NCBI GenBank assembly: GCA_964016885.1
Contig: OZ024745.1
Span: forward strand, 21,700,001 to 21,764,000
Length of the DNA stretch: 64,000 bases
Direction of reading: 5' to 3'
Source: Eledone cirrhosa
Lineage: Eukaryota
Of this stretch, positions 12,633-29,117 are shown one piece after another; positions within the stretch are counted from its first letter, which is position 1, and each line of letters starts with the position of its first letter. The notes beneath the pieces were generated by a model. The model saw only the letters and a list, made by a program, of their open reading frames with translations. It made no database searches and was not told the DNA's origin. Both the position numbers and the translations under genes were made by a program.

Positions 12633-13689
12633 TAGATAACAAGATTGGGGTATGATGGTACTAGAGCGCCCATTACCAAAAAAGGAAGAAAAAACAAACT
12701 TCTTAGCCTCGTCTATCTTGTTTTGTAGAACATTTCCTTTTAAAGATAATGGAAAAGAACCTAATATATCATATTCAGTGAATTAGTTACTCGATGTAAG
12801 ACAACGATTTGGTGGTCATTAGTACGTCAAATTAAATTGTTTTACGGTCTTTGTTCTGGCATTTTGCGTTTCGAATTCAAATCCCACTGAGTTTAAATTT
12901 GCATTTGATCCTTTCGGGATCGATGAATTAAATTCATGTCCAGGGTGATATATTTTGCTGAACAATTTGTATCTCTTCCAGCCCTTTGCGTTCTGAATTA
13001 CCTTCAATAATACCTTTGGCGTGGAAAAGAGAGACTTTGCTGCTTGGGCGACTGATGGCTTTCTACAAACACACCTTGCCTAAACTTGCTCTACGGAGAA
13101 AAACTTTCTAGGTGCAAAATATTGGTCGGCTATAACCGAAGACGGCAGCAAATGATTAGAATTTCTCAGTTGAAATTATTTCTTTAAATCCACTCCGAAA
13201 ATTTGTGAACATGAAGCTACCTACCAACTAACAGAGGATATTGCAAACAAAGTAACATAACTGAATCCAAAGACGTAGTCTTCGGTTAGATGACAATGTT
13301 AATCATGAATAGCCTACAGTAATTTACCTTGAAATATAAAGTAAAGTCATATTACATGAATTTTTAATAAAACTTTTGAAATTAATAAAAATTTTCATAA
13401 AACAAAAATTTTTTTTTTTCTTTCGATTTGATATTTCCATTGGATAAAACTGATATCTTCCAGCATATCGATATTATAGCACAGTGAAGTTTGAAATATC
13501 CCTTGATATCGAATTGAAATTTAGAAGAAAAAATATAGATTAAGATTTTTATGCTTTTGGAATTCAAAATTCAATTTTATAAAATTCACATTTCCATTAA
13601 ATTTGGAAATTTTCATTCCAATTTGATAAATTTTACGATTGGATTTCTCAATCACTTCTATGTTGTATGTTAGAGTGTGTTGGGGGGGG

Positions 13690-14439
13690 GGGCTGTGTGT
13701 GTTTGTGTGTGTGAGTGTGTATTTGTGTGCGTATGTGTTTGTGTGTTCATATATGTATCTTTGTGTACATGTGTTTCTCTATACGTATATGTGTGTGTGA
13801 GTATGTGTGTATGTGTGTGTAAACGTGTTTCTGCATACGTATGTATTTCTGTGTATGTTTGGGTATACGTGCTTCTGCACACACATATATGTGTGTGTGT
13901 GTGTGGGTGTGTTTGTGTCTAAGTATGTGTTTGTGTGTACGTGTTTCTGCATACGTACGTATGTATGTATGTGTGTGTGTGTGTGTGTGGGTGTGCGTTA
14001 TATTTTGGGCATAAAAGCGTCTCAGTGTTATTGTTTGAAATTTTACCTCCCATAGAAGTAAAAAAATAAAGAAAGAATAATGGTAAACAATAGAAACGGC
14101 AAGAAAAATACAACAACAACAACAACAACAACAACAAAAGACAGCAGCAATGAAAATAGAAACTACAATAATAACAACAGCAGCAATTCGAAAAAGTTCA
14201 ATAACACCAACTACAGCAACAAAAACAGCAACAACTCCAGCAACAACTACAACTACGAGAACAACATAAACAGAGAACATTGCACAACTATATAACATCA
14301 ATATAACAACAGCAAGATCAGCAACAACAACAACAACGACAATCAGGAACAGCGCATAAACATATACCATCAACATAACAAGGAAACCAACAGCAGCAAC
14401 AACAGCAGCAACAGCAGCAGCAACAGTAGCAACAACAAA

Positions 14440-14470
<31 letters not shown>

Positions 14471-14975
14471 ACAACAAAAACAACACCAACAACAACAACA
14501 GCAGCAGCAGCAGCAGCACGTTTAAAAAAAAAAGATACAAGAATCTAAAAAATATTTCAAACACAAGAACAAAAATATCCCAACATGATAAAGGAGGGAA
14601 ATAATTTACCAACATCTATAGTATAATGATGATGATGATGATGATGGTGATGGTGATGATATTGATGATGGTGATGGTGATGATGATGATGATGGTGATG
14701 GTGATGATATTGATGATGATGATGATGATGATGGTGATGGTGAGGATGTTGATGATGATGATGATGATAATGATGATGATGATGGTGATGATGATGGTGG
14801 TGATGGTGATGGTGTTGATGGTGATGATGAAGATGATGAAGATAATAATAATAACAATAATAGAAGCAAAAGTAACAAGAACGACGGGAAACGACGACTG
14901 CAGATACTGAAACAACAACAACGAAAATTGCAACGTTGAGGATGAACAGTAATAAGAGACACCACAAACAGAAAT

Positions 14976-15012
<37 letters not shown>

Positions 15013-15515
15013 GCAACAGCAACAACAACAACAACAACAACAATAACAACAACAATAACAACAACAACAATAACAATAAGAATAACAACAACAAAATAAC
15101 AACAATAACAACAACAACAATAACAAAAAGAACAACAATAACAACAATAACAACAATAACAACAATAACAGCAATAACAACAACAGAAATAGCAACAACA
15201 ACAACAACAACAACAAAAACAACAACAAAAACAACAACAAAAACAACAACAAAAACAACAACAGCAATAACAACAACATCAACATAAATGACAACAACAA
15301 CAGCAATAACAACAACAACAACAATAACAACAAAAACAACAACAATAATACTAAGAACAAGTAAACAACAACAGAAATAGCAACATCAACAACAACAACA
15401 ACATCCCCATCGACAACAACTACAACAACAACAACAAGATCGACAACAACAATATCGACAATATCGACAACAACAACAATATCGACACTATCGACAACAA
15501 CAACAACAACAACAC
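13690..15515. repeat. Degenerate (GT)n, (CAA/CAG)n and (GAT)n microsatellite block
   Basis: Direct reading. Confidence 0.95.
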
Positions 15516-15519
15516 AGAC

Positions 15520-15672
15520 ATTCACCGCCATTTTATCTCAACGTTCACTGAAGTCACGTGGGCGTTTTCTCTCTTTGAAGCCGTATATTTCCTTCCAATA
15601 AGAGTTCAAACGCGTTTTCTCTCTGTCTCCCTTAATCTCACTCTGTTTGTTTGTTTGTGCGCGGTCGCGCGT
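15520..15672 (-). promoter_or_regulatory. Possible promoter/first exon: AAAATGGCG|gtgaat, E-box GTCACGTG, CpG-rich patch
   Basis: Minus-strand ATG GCG at 15531-15526 is followed by a donor-like GTGAAT. GTCACGTG lies at 15553-15560 and GCGCGGTCGCGCG near 15659-15671. This is a unique island between microsatellites. Confidence 0.3.
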
Positions 15673-15710
15673 ATGTGTGTGTGTGTGGTGGTGGTGGTGG
15701 TGGTGGTGGT

Positions 15711-15761
<51 letters not shown>

Positions 15762-15919
15762 GTGTGTGTGTGTATGGGCGTTGTGTCACTGTGTGTGTGT
15801 GTGTGTATATATATATGTTTGTACATATATATTTGATTATATAGATATGTATAAATAGATATCTATACACGTACATTTATATGAGTGTATAAATATCCAT
15901 GTATAAATAGTTTATATAT

Positions 15920-15968
<49 letters not shown>

Positions 15969-16030
15969 CACACACGCACACATATATATAAATACATATT
16001 AATATATATATATGTACACACACACACATT

Positions 16031-16062
<32 letters not shown>

Positions 16063-16804
16063 TATACATATACATCTACATATACACACACACAAATACA
16101 CATATATATATATATATAAATACATATATATACACACACATATGTGTATGTATGTATGTATATATATATATATGTACCTATATGGATGAGTATATGCATA
16201 TATATGTATATCGTATATCCTTCCTTATTCGCCCCCCCCCCCCCCCCTTCTATCTATCTAGCTCAATCTCACACTCTCTCCTCCTCCTCCTCCTCCTCCT
16301 CCTCCTCCTCCTCCTCCTCCTCCTCCTCTTCCTCCACCTCCTCCTTATTCTTGGTTTATCATTTAGTTCTTGCTCAAATCGTTGAATGATAGGATTTAAA
16401 AATACTTAGTTAATCCGGTACTCTAACCATTCTAATCAGTTCCAGGCAGGAAATGGTTCACTACAGAAGCCGACATTTTGTTTCTGGGTTTATTTATTCA
16501 TTTATTTATTTATTTATTTATTATTTATTTATTTATTATTTATTTATTTATTCATTCAATTTTCTATGTCCTCTCTGGATTCATGTGACCAAAGTTTTTT
16601 CTTTGAAGTTTTGGATCTCGTCCCAAGCTTAACTAAGTAACACTTCTGTCTGTAACTGTCTATCTCTTTCTTTCTCTCTTTCTCTCTCTCTGTCTCATGT
16701 ACACACGCACGTGCACCCATTAATCCACCTTCCTCCTACACGCACACACTCTTACACACATGGGTACATGCTTAGAATCTCTAAAGCCGAGTATATATAT
16801 ATAT

Positions 16805-16993
16805 ACTCCACCCGCCACCACCCCTACACGCCCCACACCCTTCCACCACCTGTTTTACCCCATTTTAATTTTATTTTGATCATGCTTTTATTTTTAATTT
16901 CATTGTTCCCCACCACCACCCCACTCTCAAGAGCGTGAAATTAATAAACATTCGTTGTACTGCCTCTCTGTTTTGTTCCTGATCAAATTTTCC

Positions 16994-16998
<5 letters not shown>
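16805..16998 (+). mobile_element. Shortened homolog of the 56730-57498 Penelope-like tail, lacking the hammerhead
   Basis: Shares GAGCGTGAA.TTAATAAACATT..TTGTACTGCCTCTCTGTT with the reverse complement of 56735-56800; (TA)n on both sides. Confidence 0.65.
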
Positions 16999-17049
<51 letters not shown>

Positions 17050-17184
17050 TCCCAGAGATACCACGCAGCATGGATTTTCAGTAGTATCCGAGAATTTGTA
17101 TATTACCCTGAATAGTGTGAGCAAAAATTTCGTAGTGTCTACAACTCAAGATGAATTCAGTTCTTTTGCTTATTATTTGTGTGG

Positions 17185-17333
17185 ATCTGAGTTCGAATCC
17201 CGCCGAGGTTAATTTTGCCTTTCATCCTTACGGGGTCGATAAAATAAAGCACCAGTAACGTACTGAGATCGATTTAATCGACTTTCCCATCCCCCCAAAT
17301 TACTGGCCTTGTGCCTATACTAGAAATCATTAT
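17185..17333 (+). mobile_element. tRNA-derived SINE, partial long variant
   Basis: GAGTTCGAATCC B-box, core and tail. Confidence 0.8.
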
Positions 17334-17911
17334 TTGTGTGGATCAATTTATGTTATGATATTTCTAAGAGAGACATAAATGTAACCATTACAGAATGGAC
17401 TCTTTCTGTTTAAGATAGAACATATCATATCGGTACACCCTGATATTCTCTAAGAAAAATTATTTTATCACATATCTACAGAATCCGTCAAAGTAATACA
17501 GAACAAAATAAAGAGAAGATAACTCTCATTGTCAAATGATTGAGCTACCTCTCTTGGTTATTAACACCTTTCTTTACACGTGCAGCTGTTTCGTGTATCA
17601 AGCCATGAGAAAAATATGGGCAGAGCAGAGTCTTACATCAGCTCAGTAGAAATACATGCAGGAGTCCACTATTCCTACATATTCCTAAAATATGTCTATA
17701 AAATCTACCATGCGTCCTGGAGGCCGAAGGTTGTTTATTATTTTTTTTTTAATTTTTGGTTGTCAAAATTAGGGTGCGTCCTCGAGGACGAAGCGTCTTC
17801 GGCGCCGGGAAATACGGTAATAATATTAAAGTAGCATAGTTAATATGAAACATTGTGAGATATGTAATAAATGATTGAGAAGTATTTCAGACAGTCGTTA
17901 TTATTAGGATT

Positions 17912-18290
17912 TGGATTGGCAGTATCGGTGGAGGGTCGGACGCAATGCTTTCCAGCATAGTTACGTCCCTTTACGATCTGAGTTCAAATCCCGCCGAGGT
18001 TGACTTTGCTTTTCATCCTTACGGGGTCGATAAAATAAAGTACCAGTTATGCACTGGGTAATTGCTGGCCTTGTGCCTAAAGTAGAAACAGTTATTATTA
18101 GGATTAGCAGTATCGGTAGAGGGTCGGACTCCATGCTTTGCAGCAAAGAGTTACGGCCCTTTATGGTCTGAGTTTAAATCCCGCCGAGGTTAAACTTTGC
18201 CTTTCATACTTACGGGGTCGGTAAAATAAATTACCAGTAATGCACTGGGATAATTGCTGGCCTTGTGCCAAAAGTAGAAACAATTATTAG
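17912..18290 (+). mobile_element. Tandem SINE dimer
   Basis: Two consecutive head-core-tail units, joined near 18100. Confidence 0.88.
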
Positions 18291-18301
18291 TTTATCAAGT
18301 C

Positions 18302-18960
18302 GTATCGTCTTAAATCTACCACTGACACTCTACTGTATCTGGTGCCAGTCGTTATTAGTAGTATCGTCTTAAATCTACCACTGACACTCTACTGTATCTG
18401 GTGCCAGTCGTTATTAGTAGTTTCGTCTTAAATCTACCACTGACACTCTACTGTATCTGGTGCCAGTCGTTATTAGTAGTATCGTCTTAAATCTACCACT
18501 GACACTCTACTGTATCTGGTGCCAGTCGTTATTAGTAGTTTCGTCTTAAATCTACCACTGACACTCTACTGTATCTGGTGCCAGTCGTTATTAGTAGTTT
18601 CGTCTTAAATCTACCACTGACACTCTACTGTATCTGGTGCCAGTCGTTATTAGTAGTTTCGTCTTAAATCTACCACTGACACTCTACTGTATCTGGTGCC
18701 AGTCGTTATTAGTAGTATCGTCTTAAATCTACCACTGACACTCTACTGTATCTGGTGCCAGTCGTTATTAGTAGTTTGTCAAGTAGCATCGTCTTAAATC
18801 TACCACTGACACTCTACTGTATCTGGTGCCAGTCGTTATTAGTAGTTTCGTCTTAAATCTACCACTGACACTCTACCACATCTGGTGCCAGTCGTTATTA
18901 GTAGTTTGTCAAGTAGCATCGTCTTAAATCTACCACTGACACTCTACCACATCTGGTGCC
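18302..18960. repeat. 59-bp minisatellite, about 11 units
   Basis: Unit GT(A/T)TCGTCTTAAATCTACCACTGACACTCTACTGTATCTGGTGCCAGTCGTTATTAGTA; two 12-bp insertions near 18775 and 18905. Confidence 0.95.
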
Positions 18961-19285
18961 ACCAGGTTGTGGCTATATTGGATTGATTTTCTGTATTGTT
19001 CGTTACTTTGTGTCTCTCAATAACTTTCACATCTTTTGTTGGTTCCTTCATAATGAATACAAGAACACCGAACGTAAGATTCGATTACCTTTGAATATAT
19101 ATCACAAATATTGATGTCAGGGTTGTAACTTGAACAAAGAGAAAATGGTTTCAACCAATAACGGTGAAAGATTTTCTGTAAACATTTGAATTCAAAAATT
19201 TGAGAAATAAACATTGTTAGAGCCGAAAGCTTGATAAACAACATAATTAATTCAAAACTCTTCCAGCCTATCTCTGTGTGTGTGT

Positions 19286-19368
<83 letters not shown>

Positions 19369-19897
19369 TCTCTCTCTCTTTCTATTTACCTTTAATTACA
19401 TATATTACCATTTCATTTGTTTCATTCTCTCTCTCTCTCCCTCTCTCTTTCTTCCTCCTCTCTCTCACACTGTCGCTCTGGACAGGGAAACACTGTCTTT
19501 ATTTACATAAATAATTCGGCATTACATTGATGAGGTCAAGTTTTGATCAAAATACATATGTATGTTTAAAATACTACCACCACCACCGCCACCGCTACAG
19601 CCACATCCGACGCCGCCGCCACCGCCATCACGGACACTACCACAACCACTACTACCGCATTCCCCGCCACCATCACAACCATCACCACTGGTGATTGTTG
19701 TCTGCTTGGCTCTTTTTTATTCTCCATCTGTAAACATATCCCACCTATCTATTTCTATATTTATCTAATACTTCTCTCTTTCTAATACTTGCTCTCTTTC
19801 CTGCTCCTATCGTCACAACCAAAGCTGTTTCCACACTCCTATAGCGTAACAGAAGAATAAAAACTAACAAACAAAAATTGGGTGACAGGGCGTTTCC

Positions 19898-20095
19898 CTT
19901 TATAGTGGTAAGAAACTCTCAGGAGAGCTGGTCAGCAGAAGTTCTTCAGAGAAGTAACTCTCTTTATAGTGGTAAGAAGCTCTCAGGAGAGCTGGTCAGC
20001 AGAAGTTCTTCAGAGAAGTAACCCCTCTCTATAGTAGTAAGAAACTCTCAGGAGAGCTGGTCAGTAGAAGTTCTTCAGAGAAGTAACCCCCCTCT
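19898..20095. repeat. ~64-bp tandem repeat x3
   Basis: TATAGTGGTAAGAAACTCTCAGGAGAGCTGGTCAGCAGAAGTTCTTCAGAGAAGTAAC repeated. Confidence 0.92.
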
Positions 20096-20107
20096 AGCAA
20101 GTGCTGC

Positions 20108-20447
20108 CAATTAATGTTTATCATTGATTGACCAACAGTTAAAAATATAAATATAATTTATCAAAGTTCGTTCGACACACGTTTGTGTGACATCTTCAGT
20201 GATTATCGCTGTTTCCTCCCGTTGTGTTTCTATAACGGCATGAAACACAGCGATAATCACTGAACATGTCACATGATAAACATTGATTACCAGCCAAATT
20301 ATTTATAGGAATATACTGAAGCGAAAATCAAACCCGAGAGAGAGTTTTTCATTTTTTTGGCAATATTAGGACAACATGATTCTCCTCGAATATAACAATA
20401 TTTGTTTCAACACACGATTTAATATCAAACACCTTACAAAACAGATA
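20108..20447. mobile_element. Decayed fold-back element with hammerhead remnant; family shared with 53150-53330 and 53660-53720
   Basis: Hairpin at 20186-20273. Minus strand reads ATCA-CTGAAGA-TGTCACAC-AAAC-GTGTGTC-GAAC...TGAT. Outer inverted pair ATGTTTATCAT/ATGATAAACAT. Confidence 0.55.
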
Positions 20448-20670
20448 TATATTTCGTTTCCTTGAAATATTTCAAAAGAATATACAACGAGCGATAATTA
20501 TAAACCACATACGTCTTCGTTTTCCGTTATAGTCTCACAACATAAAAACCTTTCAATTATATGCATTTTCTGACATGTAAACCGCAACAAAACATCTTCA
20601 ATGCCGATAATATAGAACTTCAATATTAAACATGATTCTTGGTTTTATCAGTCTCTGTCGATATAAGATT

Positions 20671-20877
20671 TGCTGTATATACTCGAATATAAGCTGAAAA
20701 ATGTGTGACCATAAAAATCGGTGGTAAAATGTGAGGTTGGCTTATATATGCCATCTAAACAATGTATTGATTAGCTGTCTCAGTTTATAAACGGGGCTTG
20801 GATTTTCGTCTATTTCTCTGGCATAAAATAGGGGTCTACATATATTCGGATCGACTTATATCCGAGTATATACGGTA
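20671..20877. mobile_element. MITE with pogo/Tc2-like TIRs (a related one-ended copy terminates near 17819)
   Basis: CTGTATATACTCGAATATAAG...CTTATATCCGAGTATATACGG-TA. Confidence 0.65.
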
Positions 20878-22367
20878 TATAGAAAGGTTTTCAGAAAGGT
20901 TTTCAGAAGTTCCAGCTATTGAGTATTCAATATAAAAGTGATCACATGAAAAGTAGGGCTGTTCGATATTGAGGCCAGCAACCTTAAACTTCTTTCTACC
21001 TTAAGCCCTTCTGATCGCCATTCCATTCCAAACTAAACTGACGTATCTTCAATTCAGTGGAACAATCACTCACTATTAATGAGAATCTTAGAATAGAAGA
21101 TTTTTTCTCATTCGTACATTTGTACTTTAATATGAGGAATATAAAAAAAAAAAAATCTTGCTGTGAAAGAATGGAACTAAGACGATGACCTTTGAGGTCA
21201 TCGAAGACCACTGGGAGGAATTTGGTTGATATTCTTTTCGAATATTTGCAGCTCTATAACTGCAGAAAAGCAAAGGAAGAAACCTTGAAGATGGTGATTC
21301 CAGAGATGTAGTCTAATATATGGATGATTGTTAATACTGAATATGGAAAGTCAGAAGGGGCAAATTGGCAGTCATTAGAACGTCTGATAGACTGTTTTGC
21401 GGCATTCCGGCTCTTTATACTCTGGGTTCGAATACCGCTGGGGTCATCTTTGCCTTTTACCCCCCCCCCCCCCCCAAAAAAAAATTTCCCGTATCTCTTT
21501 CTCACTTCCTCTCCATCACTTTCTCTCCCTCCTTCTGTGGAAGAAATCGGCTGTGTTCAGAGCTGGCGAGAGGTTGGGCTCCACCAAATTTAAAAGGCTT
21601 AAGAAATGCTTTATATCAGAACGACACCTCTAAGTATTCAAATAATATTAGAGACGGCGGAATTTCGGTGTTGATACCAGGAAAGATGTATGGGAGCTAA
21701 CAATTAAATGTTAAATCTCTCTCAAATCCCACCTTGAGTCCTTAAAAAGGATATGTTTGATTATTTGGCACCGTGTTCCGTACACAAACGACATTTTTTG
21801 ACACAACAGGGATGTCCTTTGGTGATAGTTTTATTCAATCTCAGCTGACATAAGTCTAAACAACATCTATAACTACCATGTCCGCACACGCACCAACACA
21901 GCAACGACGATGACCACTATACCATCACCCCTCCCCCACCAACATCATCTTCATCCCCACAACTATTCCCCACCCCAGCCTACCATTTTCACAAACACTA
22001 CAAACACAATAACAACAACAACCAGCACCTTAAAAAACCCAGCAAAAACAACACCACGATCAATTCTAGAAGAACCACAACTATCATCACCACCTCCCCC
22101 ACCACCACTACCATTAACGTCACCACCAGCATCACCAACTCATCCACTACACCACCTGCCCCACCACCACCATTAACGTCACCACCAGCATCTTCAGCAC
22201 ATCCACCAACTCATCCACTACACCACCACCACCTCCCCCACCACCACTACACCACCGCCACCACTATCAATTCTACAACTACCATCACCGCCATAACAAT
22301 ATATATTGCCTCCACTTGTCGCATATTAATTACAGCTTGCAGGTTTTTTTCAATCAAGCACACACCA

Positions 22368-24860
<2,493 letters not shown>

Positions 24861-25678
24861 AAGTGTGTTTCGGTTATAGCAAAATACGTTCACATATATA
24901 CATACACATATACTTACAAATCTGTGCATATATGCTCCTTGCAGATATGTTTGTCTAAGTATATGTGTATGCTCATACATCCATAATGTGCATAGATGTC
25001 TATATACACACACTTATTCCGACACACATACACATACACAAATATTTAGTATAAATGGGGTATTAAGAAAAAATAGACAAGGAGAGACGAAATTTGAAGA
25101 AAGATTTATTACAATATTTCTCTAACACGTGTTTCAACGTTGTTTCGCAATCACCTATGAGTGTATTCGTTTCGGCTCTTCTCTCTCTGAGTTCAAATGC
25201 TGTCGAGGTCAACTTTGCTGTCAATTCTTTCGAGGTCGAAAACAAAAAGTACCCGTCAAGTACAGGGGTCGATTCTTTCTCTATATTTCTTCTCTCCCTT
25301 TCTATCCTTCTCTAAAAGAAAGCTGCTGTGTTCAGAGCTGGAGAGGGGAATGCAAAATATTGCTAATAAACTAAAATTTAACTCTTAGTTCGAGAAGGAA
25401 AACTAAAACCTAGCGGTAATTGTTAACAACACTCAAATAAATGCGGAGATAATTTCAATAAATAAAATTCAAGAGGAAAATCAGATCATTGTTAGCAGGT
25501 AAGATGGTGGCTTCGGAGATATATCTGTTAAGTAATGAATCTAATCGATTGAATATATTCGAACTAGGTCCCTGACATGTCTTCATTCGAGTAAACGGAG
25601 GCAGATACATCTCCGTGCTCTCTCAATCTCCTAGGAGTAACTGCAAAATCTTTCTCAAATGTCTTAAGTAAAAAGAAA

Positions 25679-25827
25679 ATAATTGTTTCTACTTTTGGCA
25701 CAAAGCCAGCAATAACGCAGTACATTACTGGTACTTTATGTTATCGACCCCGTAAGGATGAAAGGCAAAGTTAACCTTGGCGGAATTGGAACTCAGACCA
25801 TAACGGGCCGTAACTCTTTGCTGCAAA
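25679..25827 (-). mobile_element. tRNA-derived SINE, head-truncated
   Basis: Tail, core and B-box. Confidence 0.8.
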
Positions 25828-26010
25828 GTAAGTAAAAAGGATATAATGGACGGTGTAGTTCTGACAGAAAATTATATGATGGCCGTTGTTAAAACACTTC
25901 AGATCATAGATCAGCTCAATCAGATCTGACCTTGGCAACAACAACAACAATAGCAACAAGAGCAGCAGCAGCAGCAGCAGCAGCAAAATCACAAACAAAA
26001 ATAACAACAT

Positions 26011-26046
<36 letters not shown>

Positions 26047-26154
26047 TAATAATAATAATTGGTTTTCATTATATCGTTTCCGAAAGGAACGGAAAATAGA
26101 CGATTCCTGGTTGAAACTGACGGGAGTAAGGTTGGGGAGAGGGGGAGGGGTAGA

Positions 26155-27010
26155 TATATGGAGAAGAGAGACGGGGAGAAGGTGAGGGAGAAGAGAGACG
26201 GGGAGAAGGTGAGGGAGAAGAGAGAGCAAGAGAGGTAGGCAGTGGAGAGAGAAGAGAGACGGGGAGAAGGTGAGAGAGAAGAGGGAGCGATAGAGGTAGG
26301 CAGCGGAGAGAGAAGAGAGACGGGGAGAAGGTGAGAGAGAAGAGGGAGCGAGAGAGGTAGGCAGTGGAGAGAAAAGAGAGACGGGGAGGAGGTGAGGGAG
26401 AAGAGAGACGGGGAGAAGGTGAGAGAGAAGAGAGACGGGGAGAAGGTGAGAGAGAAGAGGGAGCGAGAGAGGTAGACAGTGGAGAGAGAAGAGAGACGGG
26501 GAGAAGGTGAGGGAGAAGAGAGACGGGGAGAAGGTGAGAGAGAAGAGGGAGCGAGAGAGGTAGGCAGTGAAGAGAGAAGAGAGACGGGGAGAAGGTGAGG
26601 GAGAAGAGAGACGGATAGAGAAGGTGAGAGAGAAGAGGGAGCGAGAGAGGTTAGTCAGTGGAGAGAGAAGAGAGACGGATAGAGAAGGTGAGAGAGAAGA
26701 GGGAGCGAGAGAGGTAGGCAGTGGAGAGAGAAGAGAGACAGGGAGAAGGTGAGGAAGAAGAGAGACGGGGAGAAGGTGAGAGAGAAGAGGGAGCGAGAGA
26801 GGTAGGCATTGGAGAGAGAAGAGAGACGGGGAGAAGGTGAGGGAGAAGAGAGACGGGGAGAAGGTGAGGGAGAAGAGGGAGCGAGAGAGGTAGGCAGTCG
26901 AGAGAGAAGAGAGACGGGGAAAAGGTGAGAGAGAAGAGAGACGGGGAGAAGGTGAGGAAGAAGAGAGCCGGGGAGAAGGTGAGAGAGAAGAGGGAGCGAG
27001 AGAGGTAGAC
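26155..27010. repeat. Polypurine minisatellite made of two alternating subunits
   Basis: GAAGAGAGACGGGGAGAAGGTGAG(A/G)GA and GAAGAGGGAGCGAGAGAGGTAGGCAGTGGAGAGA reiterated. Confidence 0.93.
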
Positions 27011-27084
27011 TTCACTCCCTATCTCACTCTGTCTCCTCTCTCCACTCCCTATCTCTCTCTCTTCTCTCTCATTCTCTCTTCTCT

Positions 27085-28110
27085 CACCACGCACACCACA
27101 CCACCATAGCACCACCACAACACCACACCCGCACTCCACCACGGCACCACACCACCACTCAAACACACACCATACACCCCCACTCCACTACAGCAGCACA
27201 CCACCACTCCGCCAAACCTCACACCCAACTCCACCACTCCACCAAATCCCCACACCCCAACACCACCACTCCACCACAATACCACCCCACCATACCACCA
27301 GACCACCACACCACAATTCAATCACACCCCCACACCCCACCCACCACTCCACCACTCCACCACACCACCACTCCACCACACCACCACTCCACCACTCCAC
27401 CACACCACCACACCACCACACCACCAGACCACCACACCACCACACCACCACACCACCATTCTACCACCATACCGCCACTCCACCACACCACCACACCACC
27501 ACACTACCATCACACCACCACTCCACCACACCACCACTCCACCATTCCACCACCATACCACCACTCCACCACACCACCACACCAACACACTACCATCACA
27601 CCACCACACCACCATACGACCACTCCACTACACCACCACACCAACACTCCACCACACTACTACACCACCAACACCACCACACCACCACACCACCATCACA
27701 CCACCACACCACCATACCACCACTCCACTACACCACCACCACACCACCACTCCACCACTCCACCACACCACTACTCCACCACACCACCAGACCACCATAC
27801 CACCACTCCACCACACCACCACTCCACCACACCACCATTCCATCACTCCACCACCACACCACCACCACCACCACGCCACCAGACCTTCACCACCAAACCA
27901 ACACTCCACCACTCCACCACACTACTACACCACCAACACCACCGCACCACCACACCACCACACCACCACTCCACCACTCCACCTCACCACCATTCCACCA
28001 CACCACACCACCACCACACCACCACACCACCACACCACCACACCACCACGCCACCACACCACCACGCCACCACACCACCTCCACCACACCAACACTTCAA
28101 CACTACACCA
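27085..28110. repeat. (CAC)/(CACCACAC)-derived low-complexity tract
   Basis: Direct reading. Confidence 0.93.
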
Positions 28111-28179
28111 CATTAACCTACCACGGAAATGAGTAATAATAGCATTTATAAAGTAGACAATGGTGGCGTGAACACGTCT

Positions 28180-28548
28180 ATGGTGATGGTGGTGGTGATG
28201 ATGATGGTGGTGATGGTGGTGGGGATGATGATGATGATGATAATGATGATGATTATGGTGATGATGGTGATGATGATGATGGTGATGGTGGTGATGGTGG
28301 TGATGGTGATGATGGTGATGGTGATGGTGATGGTGGTGATGGTGATGATGATGATGATGATGATGATGGTGATGATGATGGTGATGATGGTGATGGTGAT
28401 GATGATGGTGGTGATGATGGTGATGGTGGTGATGATGGTGATGGTGGTGATGGTGGTGATGGTGATGGTGATGATGATGATGATGATGATGGTGGTGATG
28501 ATGGTGATGATGGTGATGGTGATGGTGGAGATGGTGATGGTGATGATG

Positions 28549-28580
<32 letters not shown>

Positions 28581-29085
28581 GGTGATGATGGTGATGATGA
28601 TGGTGATGATGATGGTGGTGATGATGGTGATGGTGGTGATGATGGTGATGGTGGTGATGATGGTGATGGTGATGGTGATGATGATGGTGATGATGGTGAT
28701 GGTGATGGTGATGGTGATGATGATGGTGATGGTGATGATGGTGATGGTGCTGATGGTGATGGTGATGGTGATGGTGATGGTGGTGATGATGGTGATGTTG
28801 GTGATGGTGGTGATGATGGTGATGATGATGATGGTGATGAAGATGATGGGGATGGTGATGATGATGGTGATGGTGATGATGGTGATGGTGGTGATGGTGA
28901 TGGTGGTGATGGTGGTGATGAAGATGATGGTGATGGTGATGATGATGGTGATGGTGATGGTGGTGGTGATGGTGATGGTGATGATGATGATGATGATGAT
29001 GGTGGTGATGATGGTGATGATGGTGATGGTGATGATGATGGTGATGGTGATGATGGTGATGGTGGAGATGGTGATGGTGATGATG

Positions 29086-29117
<32 letters not shown>

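Noticed and set aside
18302-18960. CRISPR-like regular repeats
   Set aside because: No unique spacers, no cas genes, eukaryotic context.
25771-27015. 414-aa Ser/Leu/Pro ORF
   Set aside because: Translation of a polypyrimidine minisatellite plus a SINE.
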